DNA from: Parcubacteria group bacterium Gr01-1014_30
GTDB taxonomy: Bacteria > Patescibacteriota > Minisyncoccia > Minisyncoccales > 2-12-FULL-40-12
Length of the DNA: 64,000 nt
NCBI GenBank assembly: GCA_007376185.1
Contig: VMFS01000001.1
Coordinates: 10,768-74,767 of the forward strand
Reading direction: 5' to 3'
A program made the translations under genes and the position numbers. This document shows positions 49,232 through 57,366 of the stretch, one piece after another. The notes beneath the pieces are model-generated. The model worked only from the letters and a program-made list of their open reading frames with translations. It was not told where the DNA came from and made no database searches. Numbering within the stretch: position 1 is the first letter of the stretch; each line of letters opens with the position of its first letter.

Positions 49232-51352
49232 ATGACAGATTATAAATTGGAAATGGGCGGCAGAGAACTTGTTGTAAATATGAATGAACTTGCCGAAATG
49301 GCAAACGGCAGCTGTTCAGTCAGGTATGGAGATACCGTGGTCCTGAGTACGGCCGTGATGTCTCAGCAAGAGCGCGACCTCGGCTTTTTCCCATTAACCG
49401 TGGACTATGAAGAAAGATATTACGCCGCAGGCAAAATCTTGGGCTCAAGGTACATCAGACGAGAAAGCAGGCCTTCAGACGAAGCCATACTGACCTCACG
49501 CCTGATTGACAGGGCCATAAGGCCTCTTTTCCCGCCGCGGTTGAGAAAAGAGATTCAGGTGATTTTAACCTGCCTGTCCTGGGACAGAGAAAACGACCCT
49601 GACATTTTAGGGCTCATGGGCGCGTCTTTGTCTCTTTCGGTCTCAAACATTCCCTGGTCAGGACCCGTGGCTTGCTTGAGAATAGGCCGCGAACAAGGAA
49701 GCTTGATTTTGAATCCGACCTACAAACAAAGGGAAGCAAGCGATTTGGATTTGGTTTTGGCCGGCGTGGAGAGAAGAGGGGAAATTTTTGTCAATATGAT
49801 TGAAGCTGAAGGAGACCAGATACCAGAAGAAATCATATTGGCAGCTTACAAGTTCGCCGAGCCAGAATTAAAAAAAATTATCGCCTTCCAAAACAAAATT
49901 GCCGAGGACTTGGGCCAAAAAAAGGCCTCTTTAAAAGAGAGTAAACCCGACTTGGAGCTGGAAAAAGAAATTAAAAAATTCCTTGGAAAACGGCTTAAGG
50001 AAGCTCTCTTTAACCAAGGCAAAAAAGAACGGGGGACGAATGTCAACGAACTCAAAGAAGAGCTGGCTCATTTCATTGAAAGTGAACACGAGGGAGAAAA
50101 CAAGACAGAGTTGGCCAGAGAGTTTTTTGAAAAAGAGATTGATAAATTAATTCACCAAGAAGCTATAAAAGAAGAAAAGAGGGTTGACGGCAGAAAGTTG
50201 GATGAAATTCGTCAAATCAGCACCCAAGTCGGGCTTTTGCCAAGAACTCACGGCTCAGGCCTCTTTCAGAGAGGGCAAACCAAAACACTTTCCATACTCA
50301 CGCTCGGAGCTCCCGGAGACGTTAAACTTCTTGAAGGAATGGAAATAGTGGGCAAAAAAAGATTTATGCACCACTACAACTTCCCGCCTTATTCTGTTGG
50401 CGAAGTGAGACCTTTGAGGGGGCCAGGCAGAAGAGACATCGGCCACGGCATGCTCGTGGAAAAAGCGCTCCTGCCCGTAGTGCCAGACGTTGACCAATTC
50501 CCTTACACCATCAGAGTGGTTTCGGAGATCCTCTCTTCAAACGGGTCAACATCCATGGCTTCTTGCTCGTCAGCCTCTTTGGCCTTAATGGACGCCGGAG
50601 TGCCAACTTCAGCTGCGGTTGCCGGGATTTCCATTGGGTTGATGCAGGAAGGTCGCAATTACAAACTTTTAGTAGACATTCAAGGACCAGAAGACCACCA
50701 CGGAGATATGGATTTTAAGGTGGCCGGCACCAAAAACGGCATTACCGCAATTCAAATGGACGTTAAGATTGCAGGAATAAGTAAAGAGGTTTTAGAGGAA
50801 TCTTTGTCTCTGGCCAAAAAAATAAGAATTCAAATTTTAGACAAAATGGCGCAAACCTTGCCCTCACCGAGACAAAAGCTTTCTCCCCTAGCCCCGAGAA
50901 TCTTAACCCTTCAAATCAACCCGGAGAAAATCAGAGAAGTGATTGGACCTGGCGGCAAGGTAATAAACAAAATAATACAGGACTGCGGCGTTTTAATTGA
51001 CATTGAGGATTCGGGGCTCGTCTTTGTCACCTCTGAAAAAGAGGAGTCGGCTCTGCAAGCCCTCGACTGGATAAAAAATATCGTGAGAGAAGCAAAACCC
51101 GGAGAGGTATTTGAAGGCAAGGTGAAAAGAATTCTTGACTTTGGAGCTTTTGTTGAAATACTGCCCGGGCAAGAAGGAATGATTCATATTTCGCAACTGG
51201 CGCCCCACAGAGTTCGCAGAGTTGAAGATGTGGTAAAAGTTGGAGACACTGTTCAGGTAAAGGTACTTAACATTGATGAGCAAGGAAGGATAAACTTAAC
51301 CCTTCTCCAAGGAAAACAAAATACTAAAGCGCAAATCATAAGCTCAAAATAG
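49232..51352 (+). CDS. pnp: Polyribonucleotide nucleotidyltransferase (PNPase)
   Basis: 706 aa. Two RNase PH domains, then KH (VIGPGGKVINKI) and S1 (GEVFEGKVKRILDFGAFVEILPGQEGMIHISQL). Confidence 0.95.
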   Translation: MTDYKLEMGGRELVVNMNELAEMANGSCSVRYGDTVVLSTAVMSQQERDLGFFPLTVDYEERYYAAGKILGSRYIRRESRPSDEAILTSRLIDRAIRPLFPPRLRKEIQVILTCLSWDRENDPDILGLMGASLSLSVSNIPWSGPVACLRIGREQGSLILNPTYKQREASDLDLVLAGVERRGEIFVNMIEAEGDQIPEEIILAAYKFAEPELKKIIAFQNKIAEDLGQKKASLKESKPDLELEKEIKKFLGKRLKEALFNQGKKERGTNVNELKEELAHFIESEHEGENKTELAREFFEKEIDKLIHQEAIKEEKRVDGRKLDEIRQISTQVGLLPRTHGSGLFQRGQTKTLSILTLGAPGDVKLLEGMEIVGKKRFMHHYNFPPYSVGEVRPLRGPGRRDIGHGMLVEKALLPVVPDVDQFPYTIRVVSEILSSNGSTSMASCSSASLALMDAGVPTSAAVAGISIGLMQEGRNYKLLVDIQGPEDHHGDMDFKVAGTKNGITAIQMDVKIAGISKEVLEESLSLAKKIRIQILDKMAQTLPSPRQKLSPLAPRILTLQINPEKIREVIGPGGKVINKIIQDCGVLIDIEDSGLVFVTSEKEESALQALDWIKNIVREAKPGEVFEGKVKRILDFGAFVEILPGQEGMIHISQLAPHRVRRVEDVVKVGDTVQVKVLNIDEQGRINLTLLQGKQNTKAQIISSK

Positions 51353-51359
51353 ATTATTC

Positions 51360-53264
51360 ATGGCGAAAAAAGACCAAGCAAAAACAACTTTCTTGCAAGG
51401 CGCGAAAATCAGAACGATGAAAAAAGACATCGTCTGGCTGCAGTCTGGCGGCAAAGAAAAACTGCAGGCCTTAAAAGAAGAGAGGCAAGAGAGGGTCAAA
51501 AAACTGCTGGAGCAAAAGCGTTTCGCTAAAGAGGAACAAGAGGCCGTTGAAAAAATAAGGGAGACAGCCCAAGTTGAGGAAGAAAGAGAGGAAGAAGAGC
51601 AAAGAAGACAGTTGGAAGAGGCGAGGAAAAAAGCTGAAGAAGCAAGAAAGAAAGCAGAGGAAGAAAAAAAGAAAATAGAAGAAGAGCTGGCCCAGGAAGA
51701 ACGGGAAGGAGCCATAGCCGAGGCAGAAAGAGAAAGAATAGAGGAAAAGAGAGAAAAGATTATTGAAGAGCTGAGAGTAAGAGAGGAAGAGGAAAAAAGA
51801 CGGCTCCAAGAACTTGAAAAGAAAACGCAAGAACAGCTCCAGAAAGAGAAAGAAGAAGAAAAGGCAAAAAGAGAGCAAGAGCAAAAAAAGAGGGTTGAGG
51901 AAGGGCTACGTAAAATAGTAGCGGAGAGGAAAGTTCAGGAGCTGAAAAAAAGCGCCATTTTGGAAAAAATGGCGCCCGTTGTAAAGTCCTTGAATGCAAT
52001 CTCAATAAAAAGTGCGAATCTGGAAGAGGAGTTAAAGAAAGTTGAAGAAAAAGAGTCGCAAGCAACTGGGGATAAAGAAAGAAGAGAAGCTGAAAAAAGA
52101 AGGTGGGATTTGGAAGAAAAAAGGCGGCTGGCGGAGCAGGAAAAGTGGTCTTGGCTAGAGGAAAAAAAGAAATTTCAGGAAACATTGGGCAAAATTGAGG
52201 AAGAATATCAGCAAGTCCTGGCAAAAGAAAGAATGCTGAGAGAAGAGCAAAAAGAAATTATCGCTAAAGCCAACAGGGTCAAACTAAAAACAGAAAGAGA
52301 GGGCTTAGAAGGTCAGCTTAAAGAGCTTCATGAAGCCCAAAGCGCGCAAAAAGTGCGAAAAGTAAAAGTATATAAAGAGCTACTGGCCTTGGAAGACGAC
52401 CTGAAGGTTGTCATGGAAATAGAAAGGAAAACGGAAGAGCAAAAAGTCATGCTTGACAAAAAAGAGCAGTCCATGCCCGAACAAGAAAAGTCCGAACTTA
52501 AAAAAGAGAGGTGGGAAATAGAAGAAAAGAGAAGGGCCGTTGAGAAGAAGCGCTGGGGCTTAGAGGATGAAAAAGAAAAAGTGGAGACCAAGGCACAAAA
52601 GGTCGAACAAGAACTCCGACAGTTGGAAGAAAAAGAGAACCGCCTCTCAGCAAGAATAAAAGCGATAGACGAAGCGCTGACTCAAGGCAAAGGAGAGACC
52701 GCAGAAAAAGTCACAGCTACTCCCTCGCGCGCCAAAGAACCGCCCGCGGAAAAAGTTATCCCTGAAGCGCAGACGGAAGTCAAAGAGGAAAAACCGAAAC
52801 GACCTGAGGGAAAAGAGCCCGAAATCGAAAAACCGGAAGAAGCGCTAAAAAAACGGCTTGAAGAGGCTGTAAAGCGGCTGGGAGTGCTGAAAGCACAAAA
52901 AGAGCGGGAAAAAGAAGAAGCCAAAGCAAGAATAAGTAAGATTGCCTTTGCTCCACCGCCAAGTACGCCCCTTCCTCCACTCGAGCGCAACGATAATCGT
53001 TCGCAGAGGAACCTTGGACTAAGGCCAAAACCAATAGAAATTATCAGGCCTCTGCCGGAAAAGCCGACGTTTTTGGAAAAGTTTGGCATTAGGATTGCGA
53101 TTTTGTCGTTGGTTTTCTTAATTTTAACCGTGATTATCGTTTTTTGGATTTGGTTTTTAAGAATGAGGCGGCCCTCTGAACTCCCTCCCCTTTTGCCGCG
53201 CGAGCAACGAGAATCCTTAACTCCGCCCCAACAAGAAACTACAACTTTACCTCAAACACAATAA
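51360..53264 (+). CDS. Glu/Lys/Arg-rich coiled-coil protein with C-terminal TM anchor (hypothetical)
   Basis: 634 aa. N-terminal IRTMKKDIVWLQ, about 480 aa of E/K/R heptads including RRWDLEEKRRLAEQEKWSWLEEKK and ERWEIEEKRRAVEKKRWGLEDEK repeats, and TM FGIRIAILSLVFLILTVIIVFWIWFL. The antisense ORFs are low-complexity shadows. Confidence 0.6.
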   Translation: MAKKDQAKTTFLQGAKIRTMKKDIVWLQSGGKEKLQALKEERQERVKKLLEQKRFAKEEQEAVEKIRETAQVEEEREEEEQRRQLEEARKKAEEARKKAEEEKKKIEEELAQEEREGAIAEAERERIEEKREKIIEELRVREEEEKRRLQELEKKTQEQLQKEKEEEKAKREQEQKKRVEEGLRKIVAERKVQELKKSAILEKMAPVVKSLNAISIKSANLEEELKKVEEKESQATGDKERREAEKRRWDLEEKRRLAEQEKWSWLEEKKKFQETLGKIEEEYQQVLAKERMLREEQKEIIAKANRVKLKTEREGLEGQLKELHEAQSAQKVRKVKVYKELLALEDDLKVVMEIERKTEEQKVMLDKKEQSMPEQEKSELKKERWEIEEKRRAVEKKRWGLEDEKEKVETKAQKVEQELRQLEEKENRLSARIKAIDEALTQGKGETAEKVTATPSRAKEPPAEKVIPEAQTEVKEEKPKRPEGKEPEIEKPEEALKKRLEEAVKRLGVLKAQKEREKEEAKARISKIAFAPPPSTPLPPLERNDNRSQRNLGLRPKPIEIIRPLPEKPTFLEKFGIRIAILSLVFLILTVIIVFWIWFLRMRRPSELPPLLPREQRESLTPPQQETTTLPQTQ

Positions 53265-53344
53265 CCAATATGCCGGGTAGTAGAAATTCGACTGCCGCCT
53301 CGGCAGCAAAAATAATATAATTAGCCGAATTTTCACTACTTAGT

Positions 53345-53710
53345 ATGGACAAAGACTTCATAAATAGAAGCAAAGAAAAACTGGAGGCGCTAAAGAGCAC
53401 CATTGAAAAAGAACTCCAAGTATTTGCAACAAAGGATAAAAACTTAAAAGATGACTGGGACACGAAGTTCCCTAAGTTTAACGGATCTTCTGGCGGCCAA
53501 ATGATGGAAGACGAGGCAGAAGAAGTCACAGAATATGCATCGCGCCTGCCCGTAGAATACAGCTTGGAAACGCGACTCGGAAACATTAATGCGGCTTTGG
53601 AAAAGATAAAGAAGGGCCGCTATGGGAAATGCGAAAAGTGCGGCGGGGACATTTCTCAAAAAAGGTTACAAGTAATTCCCGAAGCAAAAACCTGCCTCAA
53701 GTGTGACTGA
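53345..53710 (+). CDS. DksA/TraR-family C4 zinc-finger protein
   Basis: GRYGKCEKCGGDISQKRLQVIPEAKTCLKC. Confidence 0.85.
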   Translation: MDKDFINRSKEKLEALKSTIEKELQVFATKDKNLKDDWDTKFPKFNGSSGGQMMEDEAEEVTEYASRLPVEYSLETRLGNINAALEKIKKGRYGKCEKCGGDISQKRLQVIPEAKTCLKCD

Positions 53711-53712
53711 AT

Positions 53713-55230
53713 ATGTTAGCTAAGGTCTTTTCAGCTGCCATAGTGGGCTTGGACGCCCAGCTTATTGAAGTAGAGGTGGAAACAAGTTACGGCCTTCGCC
53801 ATTTTGCCATTGTGGGTTTGCCCGACAAAGCAGTGGAAGAGGCAAAAGAAAGAGTGGCTTCGGCCGTCAAAAGTTCCGGCTTCCAATCGCCCAACCAGCA
53901 ACCTGTTAGGATTTTGGTTTCTTTGGCTCCCGCCGACTTGAAAAAAGAAGGGTCGCTCTACGACCTGCCCATAGCTTTGGGCTATCTTTTGGCGGCCAAG
54001 AAGGTAAAATTTGAACACTCAAACAGGATTTTCCTGGGAGAGTTGGCTTTAGACGGCCGCCTGAGGCCCATAAAGGGAGTGGTGTCTTTTGCCATCGCCG
54101 CCAAAGAAAAGGGAATTTCAGAAATAATTTTACCGAAAGAAAACGCTCAGGAAGCTGCTTTAATAAAAGGAGTAAAGGTTGTCGGCGTCGAGAACCTAAA
54201 AGAGGTTATTGACTATTTGGAAGGCAGCAAAGAAATTAGCAGCTTGCACTTGGACCCCGAACTGTGGAGAAGCCAAAGGGAGTACTCAATGGACCTCTGC
54301 TACGTCAAAGGCCAGGAGTCCTCAAAAAGAGCTTTGGAGATTGCGGCTTCCGGAGATCATAACCTTTTAATGACTGGGCCTCCGGGAGCCGGCAAAACCA
54401 TTATGGCGAAATCCCTACCCTCCATACTGCCTCCTCTAGAGTTTGAAGAAGCCCTGGAAGTAACAAAGATTTACAGCGTGGCCGGCCTCCTGCCAAAAAA
54501 CAGGCCCCTGATTTCAGCCAGGCCCTTTCGCTCCCCCCACCACACCAGCTCTGAAGCCGCCCTCATTGGCGGAGGAACCCCGCCAAAGCCCGGCGAAATA
54601 ACGCTTTCCCACAGAGGCGTTTTGTTTTTAGACGAATTCCCTGAGTTCCATCGCGATGTTTTGGAGTCCTTGCGCCAGCCTCTTGAAGATAGGCAAATTA
54701 CCGTAATGCGCGCCAGACATTCAACAACCTTCCCTTGCTCCTTCCAGCTGGTGGCTTCAGCCAATCCATGTCCTTGCGGAAACTTGGGAGACGAAGAAAA
54801 AAATTGCGGCTGCACAACCTCCCAGGTTAGAATGTACACAAGAAAAATGTCGGGCCCTCTAATGGACAGGGTTGACTTATTTATAAACGTTCCCAAGTTA
54901 AAGTACGAGAAGCTGGCCGCAGACCAGGAAAAATGCTCTTGCGAGGAAACGAGAGAAAGGGTGAAAAGCGCGCGAGAAATTCAAAAAGCGCGTTTTAACA
55001 AAACTGCTACCAACTCCGAAATGACCCTGCCTCAAATAAAAAAGCACTGCCAAGTAAATAGTTCTTCCTCTGAGCTCTTAAAAAAATACGTTGATTCTGG
55101 AAAACTTTCTGCCAGGGGCTACCACCGTGTTTTAAAAGTTGCCAGAACAATAGCCGATTTGGACAACTCATCAAGCGTCAAGTATAGCCACGTTTCGGAA
55201 GCTTTAATGTACAGAGTAAGGGCGGACTAA
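53713..55230 (+). CDS. YifB/ComM-family Mg-chelatase-like AAA+ ATPase
   Basis: Lon-like N-terminal domain, Walker A GPPGAGKT, GVLFLDEFPEF, and C-terminal RGYHRVLKVARTIADL. Confidence 0.9.
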   Translation: MLAKVFSAAIVGLDAQLIEVEVETSYGLRHFAIVGLPDKAVEEAKERVASAVKSSGFQSPNQQPVRILVSLAPADLKKEGSLYDLPIALGYLLAAKKVKFEHSNRIFLGELALDGRLRPIKGVVSFAIAAKEKGISEIILPKENAQEAALIKGVKVVGVENLKEVIDYLEGSKEISSLHLDPELWRSQREYSMDLCYVKGQESSKRALEIAASGDHNLLMTGPPGAGKTIMAKSLPSILPPLEFEEALEVTKIYSVAGLLPKNRPLISARPFRSPHHTSSEAALIGGGTPPKPGEITLSHRGVLFLDEFPEFHRDVLESLRQPLEDRQITVMRARHSTTFPCSFQLVASANPCPCGNLGDEEKNCGCTTSQVRMYTRKMSGPLMDRVDLFINVPKLKYEKLAADQEKCSCEETRERVKSAREIQKARFNKTATNSEMTLPQIKKHCQVNSSSSELLKKYVDSGKLSARGYHRVLKVARTIADLDNSSSVKYSHVSEALMYRVRAD

Positions 55231-56417
55231 CGGGAAAACGGATTTCTTGCCCCGGTTACTCCAAAGTGCACGTGACATCCTGTTGACATTCCTGCTCCGG
55301 CTGAACCTGGCTGACCTCCCATTAAAGCTATTGTTTGGCCTTGTGACACCTGCTGCCCTTGGCCGACCAAGCTCGTTGAAATGTGCCCGTACATCGTTAC
55401 CACGCCGTTTGGATGAAGTATCGTTATGTGGTTACCGGCTCCCCCAAAAGCGTACCTGGAGTCAGAAGAAGTCAAAGCCACTCTCTGAGCCTGACCTTGC
55501 GCCGCGGCTCGAACAATATCGCCGCATCTTCCTGAAAAGTCAATGGCGTTGTACCAATGAAGTCCTTGACTCACGCGGCAGGAACCAGTCGGGCAAATAA
55601 AGTAGCTATCGCCCAAAGGAGCATTGGGCGTGGCAATCGTTTTTGTCGGAGACGGCATGACACCCCCTGGAACAATAATAATATCTCCTATATAAATTGA
55701 GCCCTCTTGAGTAAGTTCATTGAAAGCGATAATTTGTTCCGTCTCAACCTTATATCTCTCGGCAATGCTTGAAATAGTGTCTTTTTCCTTAACGTGGTGT
55801 ATGACCCCGGAAACCGGCGGAATCACGAGTTTCTGCCCAACTTTCAGAGAGGAGCTTTTAGTTAAGTCGTTAGCCCAAAGAAGGGTGTCCAAAGAAACAT
55901 CAAACTCTTTAACCAAAGACGACAAAGTATCTCCCGCCTCAACGACGTATTCGGTAACAACTTTTCTCTGGGCTTTAGCGTCATCCGTCAAAAATAAAGC
56001 TCCCAGCGCTTGAGGGGTTATGACAGCTGTCGGAGCCGCGGCGAGTAAGCTGGAATTGCCCAAAAGCATAAGCTCGGGAGAGCCGAACAACAACCCTTCA
56101 TTCGCCCCCATAAATGGGGCTGGAACCGACTGACTTGAGCTTTCAGAGATGGCGGCCGAAAGCAGTGTTTTGCCTCCGTATCTTGGATATTTTGCCGCCA
56201 AGGAAAAGCCAATTGTCAAAATTACAAAAAAAACCGCGAAAAATGCCGCAAAATAAAGGAAGAGGCTTGACAGAGACCCTCTTTTGAAAATTAACTTTAC
56301 TTTCTTTTTTAATTTTTTTAGGCCAGAGTTCAGTCGCTGAGCTCCTCGGAGCCGAGCGAGGCGCGAGAGGAGCCGAAGGCTCCTCGAGCGCTTATCCAAA
56401 GGCAAAAATATGCCCAT
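55227..56417 (-). CDS. LysM-domain M23 peptidase
   Basis: Two LysM repeats (YVVEAGDTLSSLVKEF..; HHVKEKDTISSIAERY..) and M23 motifs (HITILHPNGVVTMYGHIS; GCHVHF). The N-terminus overlaps a dispersed repeat, so the start is uncertain. Confidence 0.85.
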   Translation of the reverse strand: MGIFLPLDKRSRSLRLLSRLARLRGAQRLNSGLKKLKKKVKLIFKRGSLSSLFLYFAAFFAVFFVILTIGFSLAAKYPRYGGKTLLSAAISESSSQSVPAPFMGANEGLLFGSPELMLLGNSSLLAAAPTAVITPQALGALFLTDDAKAQRKVVTEYVVEAGDTLSSLVKEFDVSLDTLLWANDLTKSSSLKVGQKLVIPPVSGVIHHVKEKDTISSIAERYKVETEQIIAFNELTQEGSIYIGDIIIVPGGVMPSPTKTIATPNAPLGDSYFICPTGSCRVSQGLHWYNAIDFSGRCGDIVRAAAQGQAQRVALTSSDSRYAFGGAGNHITILHPNGVVTMYGHISTSLVGQGQQVSQGQTIALMGGQPGSAGAGMSTGCHVHFGVTGARNPFSR

Positions 56418-56447
56418 ATTTTATAAATCTACTTCATTGCAAGGACA

Positions 56448-57281
56448 ATGTCAAGGGTCAAAAACGTCTTTAAAAAACACCGCATTCAGCCTTTAAAGCG
56501 CCTCGGGCAGCACTTTTTAGTCGATAAATTCGCGCTTTTTAAGGTGATTTCGGCCTCTGAGCTAAAAACTCAAAACGTTGTTTTGGAAATTGGGCCCGGA
56601 ACAGGCCTTTTAACCCAAGAGTTGGCAAAAAGATCCCGAAAGGTCATCGCTGTTGAAAAAGACCCGAAAATGATTGACATACTTTCAGAGACATTAAAAG
56701 GTTTTAGGAATATTGAAGTTATGTGGGGGGACATACTTAAAATGCAAAGCGCAAAACTAAAAGCGAAAAATAGCAACGTAAAATTCAAAATTGTCGGGAA
56801 CTTGCCGTTTTATTTGACGGCGCCAGTTATACGAAAATTCCTTGAGGCAAAAGTCCAGCCGGAATTGATGGTCCTTGTGGTTCAAAAAGAAGTGGCTCAA
56901 AGAATTTGTTCAAAGCCTCCCAAGATGAACCTTTTAACCGTCGCAGTACAATTCTACGCCGATCCGAAAATTGTCGCCTATATCCCTAAAACCTCCTTCT
57001 GGCCCCAGCCCAAAGTTGACTCGGCCATTCTCAAGATAACTCCCCGTGCCGATAAATATGAGGCAGACAAATCATTTGTAAACAAGTTTTTTCGACTCGT
57101 TAAAGCTGGTTTTTCTCACCCAAGAAAACAGCTTGTAAACAACCTGTCACAAGGGTTAAAACTAAACAAAGAAGAGACGGTAGCTTTGCTCTCACAAAAC
57201 AATATTAAGCCAGAACAAAGAGCTGAAACACTATCACTTGAAAACTGGCGCGCTCTCGCCAAAAGCAGTATAACCAGGTAG
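56448..57281 (+). CDS. rsmA: 16S rRNA (adenine1518/1519-N6)-dimethyltransferase
   Basis: LGQHFLVD, VLEIGPGTGLLT, VGNLPFYLT. Confidence 0.95.
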   Translation: MSRVKNVFKKHRIQPLKRLGQHFLVDKFALFKVISASELKTQNVVLEIGPGTGLLTQELAKRSRKVIAVEKDPKMIDILSETLKGFRNIEVMWGDILKMQSAKLKAKNSNVKFKIVGNLPFYLTAPVIRKFLEAKVQPELMVLVVQKEVAQRICSKPPKMNLLTVAVQFYADPKIVAYIPKTSFWPQPKVDSAILKITPRADKYEADKSFVNKFFRLVKAGFSHPRKQLVNNLSQGLKLNKEETVALLSQNNIKPEQRAETLSLENWRALAKSSITR

Positions 57282-57350
57282 GGAAAGTTCGGCCGTCTTC
57301 GCCGTTTTATAGCCGCCGAAGGCGGCTATGCCGAACTTTCGCTACCTGGT
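57273..57350. repeat. 78-nt nested inverted repeat bridging the rsmA stop and the next promoter
   Basis: ACCAGGTAGGGAAAGTTCGGC (57273-57293) pairs with GCCGAACTTTCGCTACCTGGT (57330-57350), 21-nt arms with 1 mismatch. The inner hairpin is ATAGCCGCC-GAA-GGCGGCTAT. Confidence 0.7.
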
Positions 57351-57355
57351 ATAAT
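57347..57355 (+). promoter_or_regulatory. Extended -10 promoter of the secreted-protein operon
   Basis: TGgTATAAT. ATG at 57367, so the leader is about 5 nt with no SD. Confidence 0.5.
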
Positions 57356-57366
57356 TCAATAATCCA

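Noticed and set aside
51344-53089. Multiple minus-strand ORFs (123-154 aa, Ser/Phe/Leu-rich) opposite the E/K-rich gene.
   Set aside because: They are the reverse complement of GAA/AAG-rich coding sequence, so these are low-complexity shadows.
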